Shown: positions 21,868 to 22,436 of the stretch, piece by piece
Layout: each line of letters starts with the position of its first letter
Position numbering within the stretch: position 1 is the stretch's first letter
Assembly: GCF_006345805.1 (NCBI RefSeq)
Contig: NW_021836935.1
Coordinates: 1-22,436 of the forward strand
DNA length: 22,436 nt
Source of the DNA: Octopus sinensis
Lineage: Eukaryota
Direction of reading: 5' to 3'
Notes under the pieces: model-generated
Told to the model about the DNA's origin: nothing
The model's input: the letters and a program-made list of their open reading frames with translations, nothing else
The model's database searches: none
Position numbers and translations under genes: made by a program

Positions 21868-22036
21868 AAGCGGCAAGCAGGCAGAACCATTAGCTCGTCG
21901 GGCAGAATGCTTAGCAGCATTTCTTCCGTCTTTACGTCCTGAGTTCAAATTCCGCCGGGGCCAACTTTGCCTTTCATTCTTTCGGGGTAGATAAAAATAA
22001 ATACTAGTTTGGACTTGTACCAAAATTTGAAACCAA
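21868..22036 (+). mobile_element. SINE family B, diverged monomer
   Basis: ctgagttcaaattccgccgg..actttgcctttcattctttcggggtagataaaa. Confidence 0.85.
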
Positions 22037-22277
22037 CATCTATGGAATAAACTATCTTCAATATTAGTCCCATTTCCGGCCCAGGAAATTTCTTGCAGGA
22101 TATTGTCGTGTTATCAAATAGAAAATTTCAGCTACCTTATTTTTGAGTCCCAGGTCAAACCTGATCAAAAGCGTTCCACCCATAACCATCTCACATTATA
22201 TTTATTTAGCTATTCATTCATTGTATCAGAAATACCCTGTCCGATATTGACTTGTTTTAAAGACGACTGCGTATGAT

Positions 22278-22378
22278 GTGAGAGAGGGGAAGGGAGAGAA
22301 TGTGTGAGAGAGAGAGAGAGAGGAGAGAGAGAGGAGAGAGAGAGAAGGATAGAGAGAGAGAAGGGTAGAGAGAGAGAG
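22278..22378. repeat. (GA)n purine tract
   Basis: Direct reading. Confidence 0.95.
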
Positions 22379-22436
22379 TTGGCTGCAATTTATTGCTGTC
22401 GAATAAAGTGCAGTGACATGCTTTTTAGTCCCTATG

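Overview
Repeat-saturated, AT-rich eukaryotic non-coding DNA. The SINE families and microsatellite load look like octopus/cephalopod genomic DNA (recognition from memory, not verified). No intact host gene is supportable, and almost every listed ORF is a translated microsatellite. The central ~5.7 kb (9130-14840) is a nest of retroelements. An old Penelope-like element (PLE), largely invisible in the ORF track, is recoverable as RT, thumb and GIY-YIG fragments on the + strand. It is interrupted by two TSD-flanked multimeric SINE arrays (1 head + 3 x ~184 bp on +; 1 head + 5 x ~184 bp on -, facing tail-to-tail), a decayed Tx1/L1-clade LINE carrying another SINE, and a further SINE. Elsewhere there are three short elements with minimal hammerhead-ribozyme-like folds, six more copies of a ~400-bp tRNA-type SINE, two hAT MITEs, one piggyBac-type MITE, a TIR element sitting in (ATAC)n, a ~210-bp satellite with A/B alternation, and long (CATA)n, (TA)n and (GGT)n tracts. 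The most interesting signals are the multimeric SINEs (shared junction, no Pol III terminator, inverted arrangement) and the hammerhead-like motifs.
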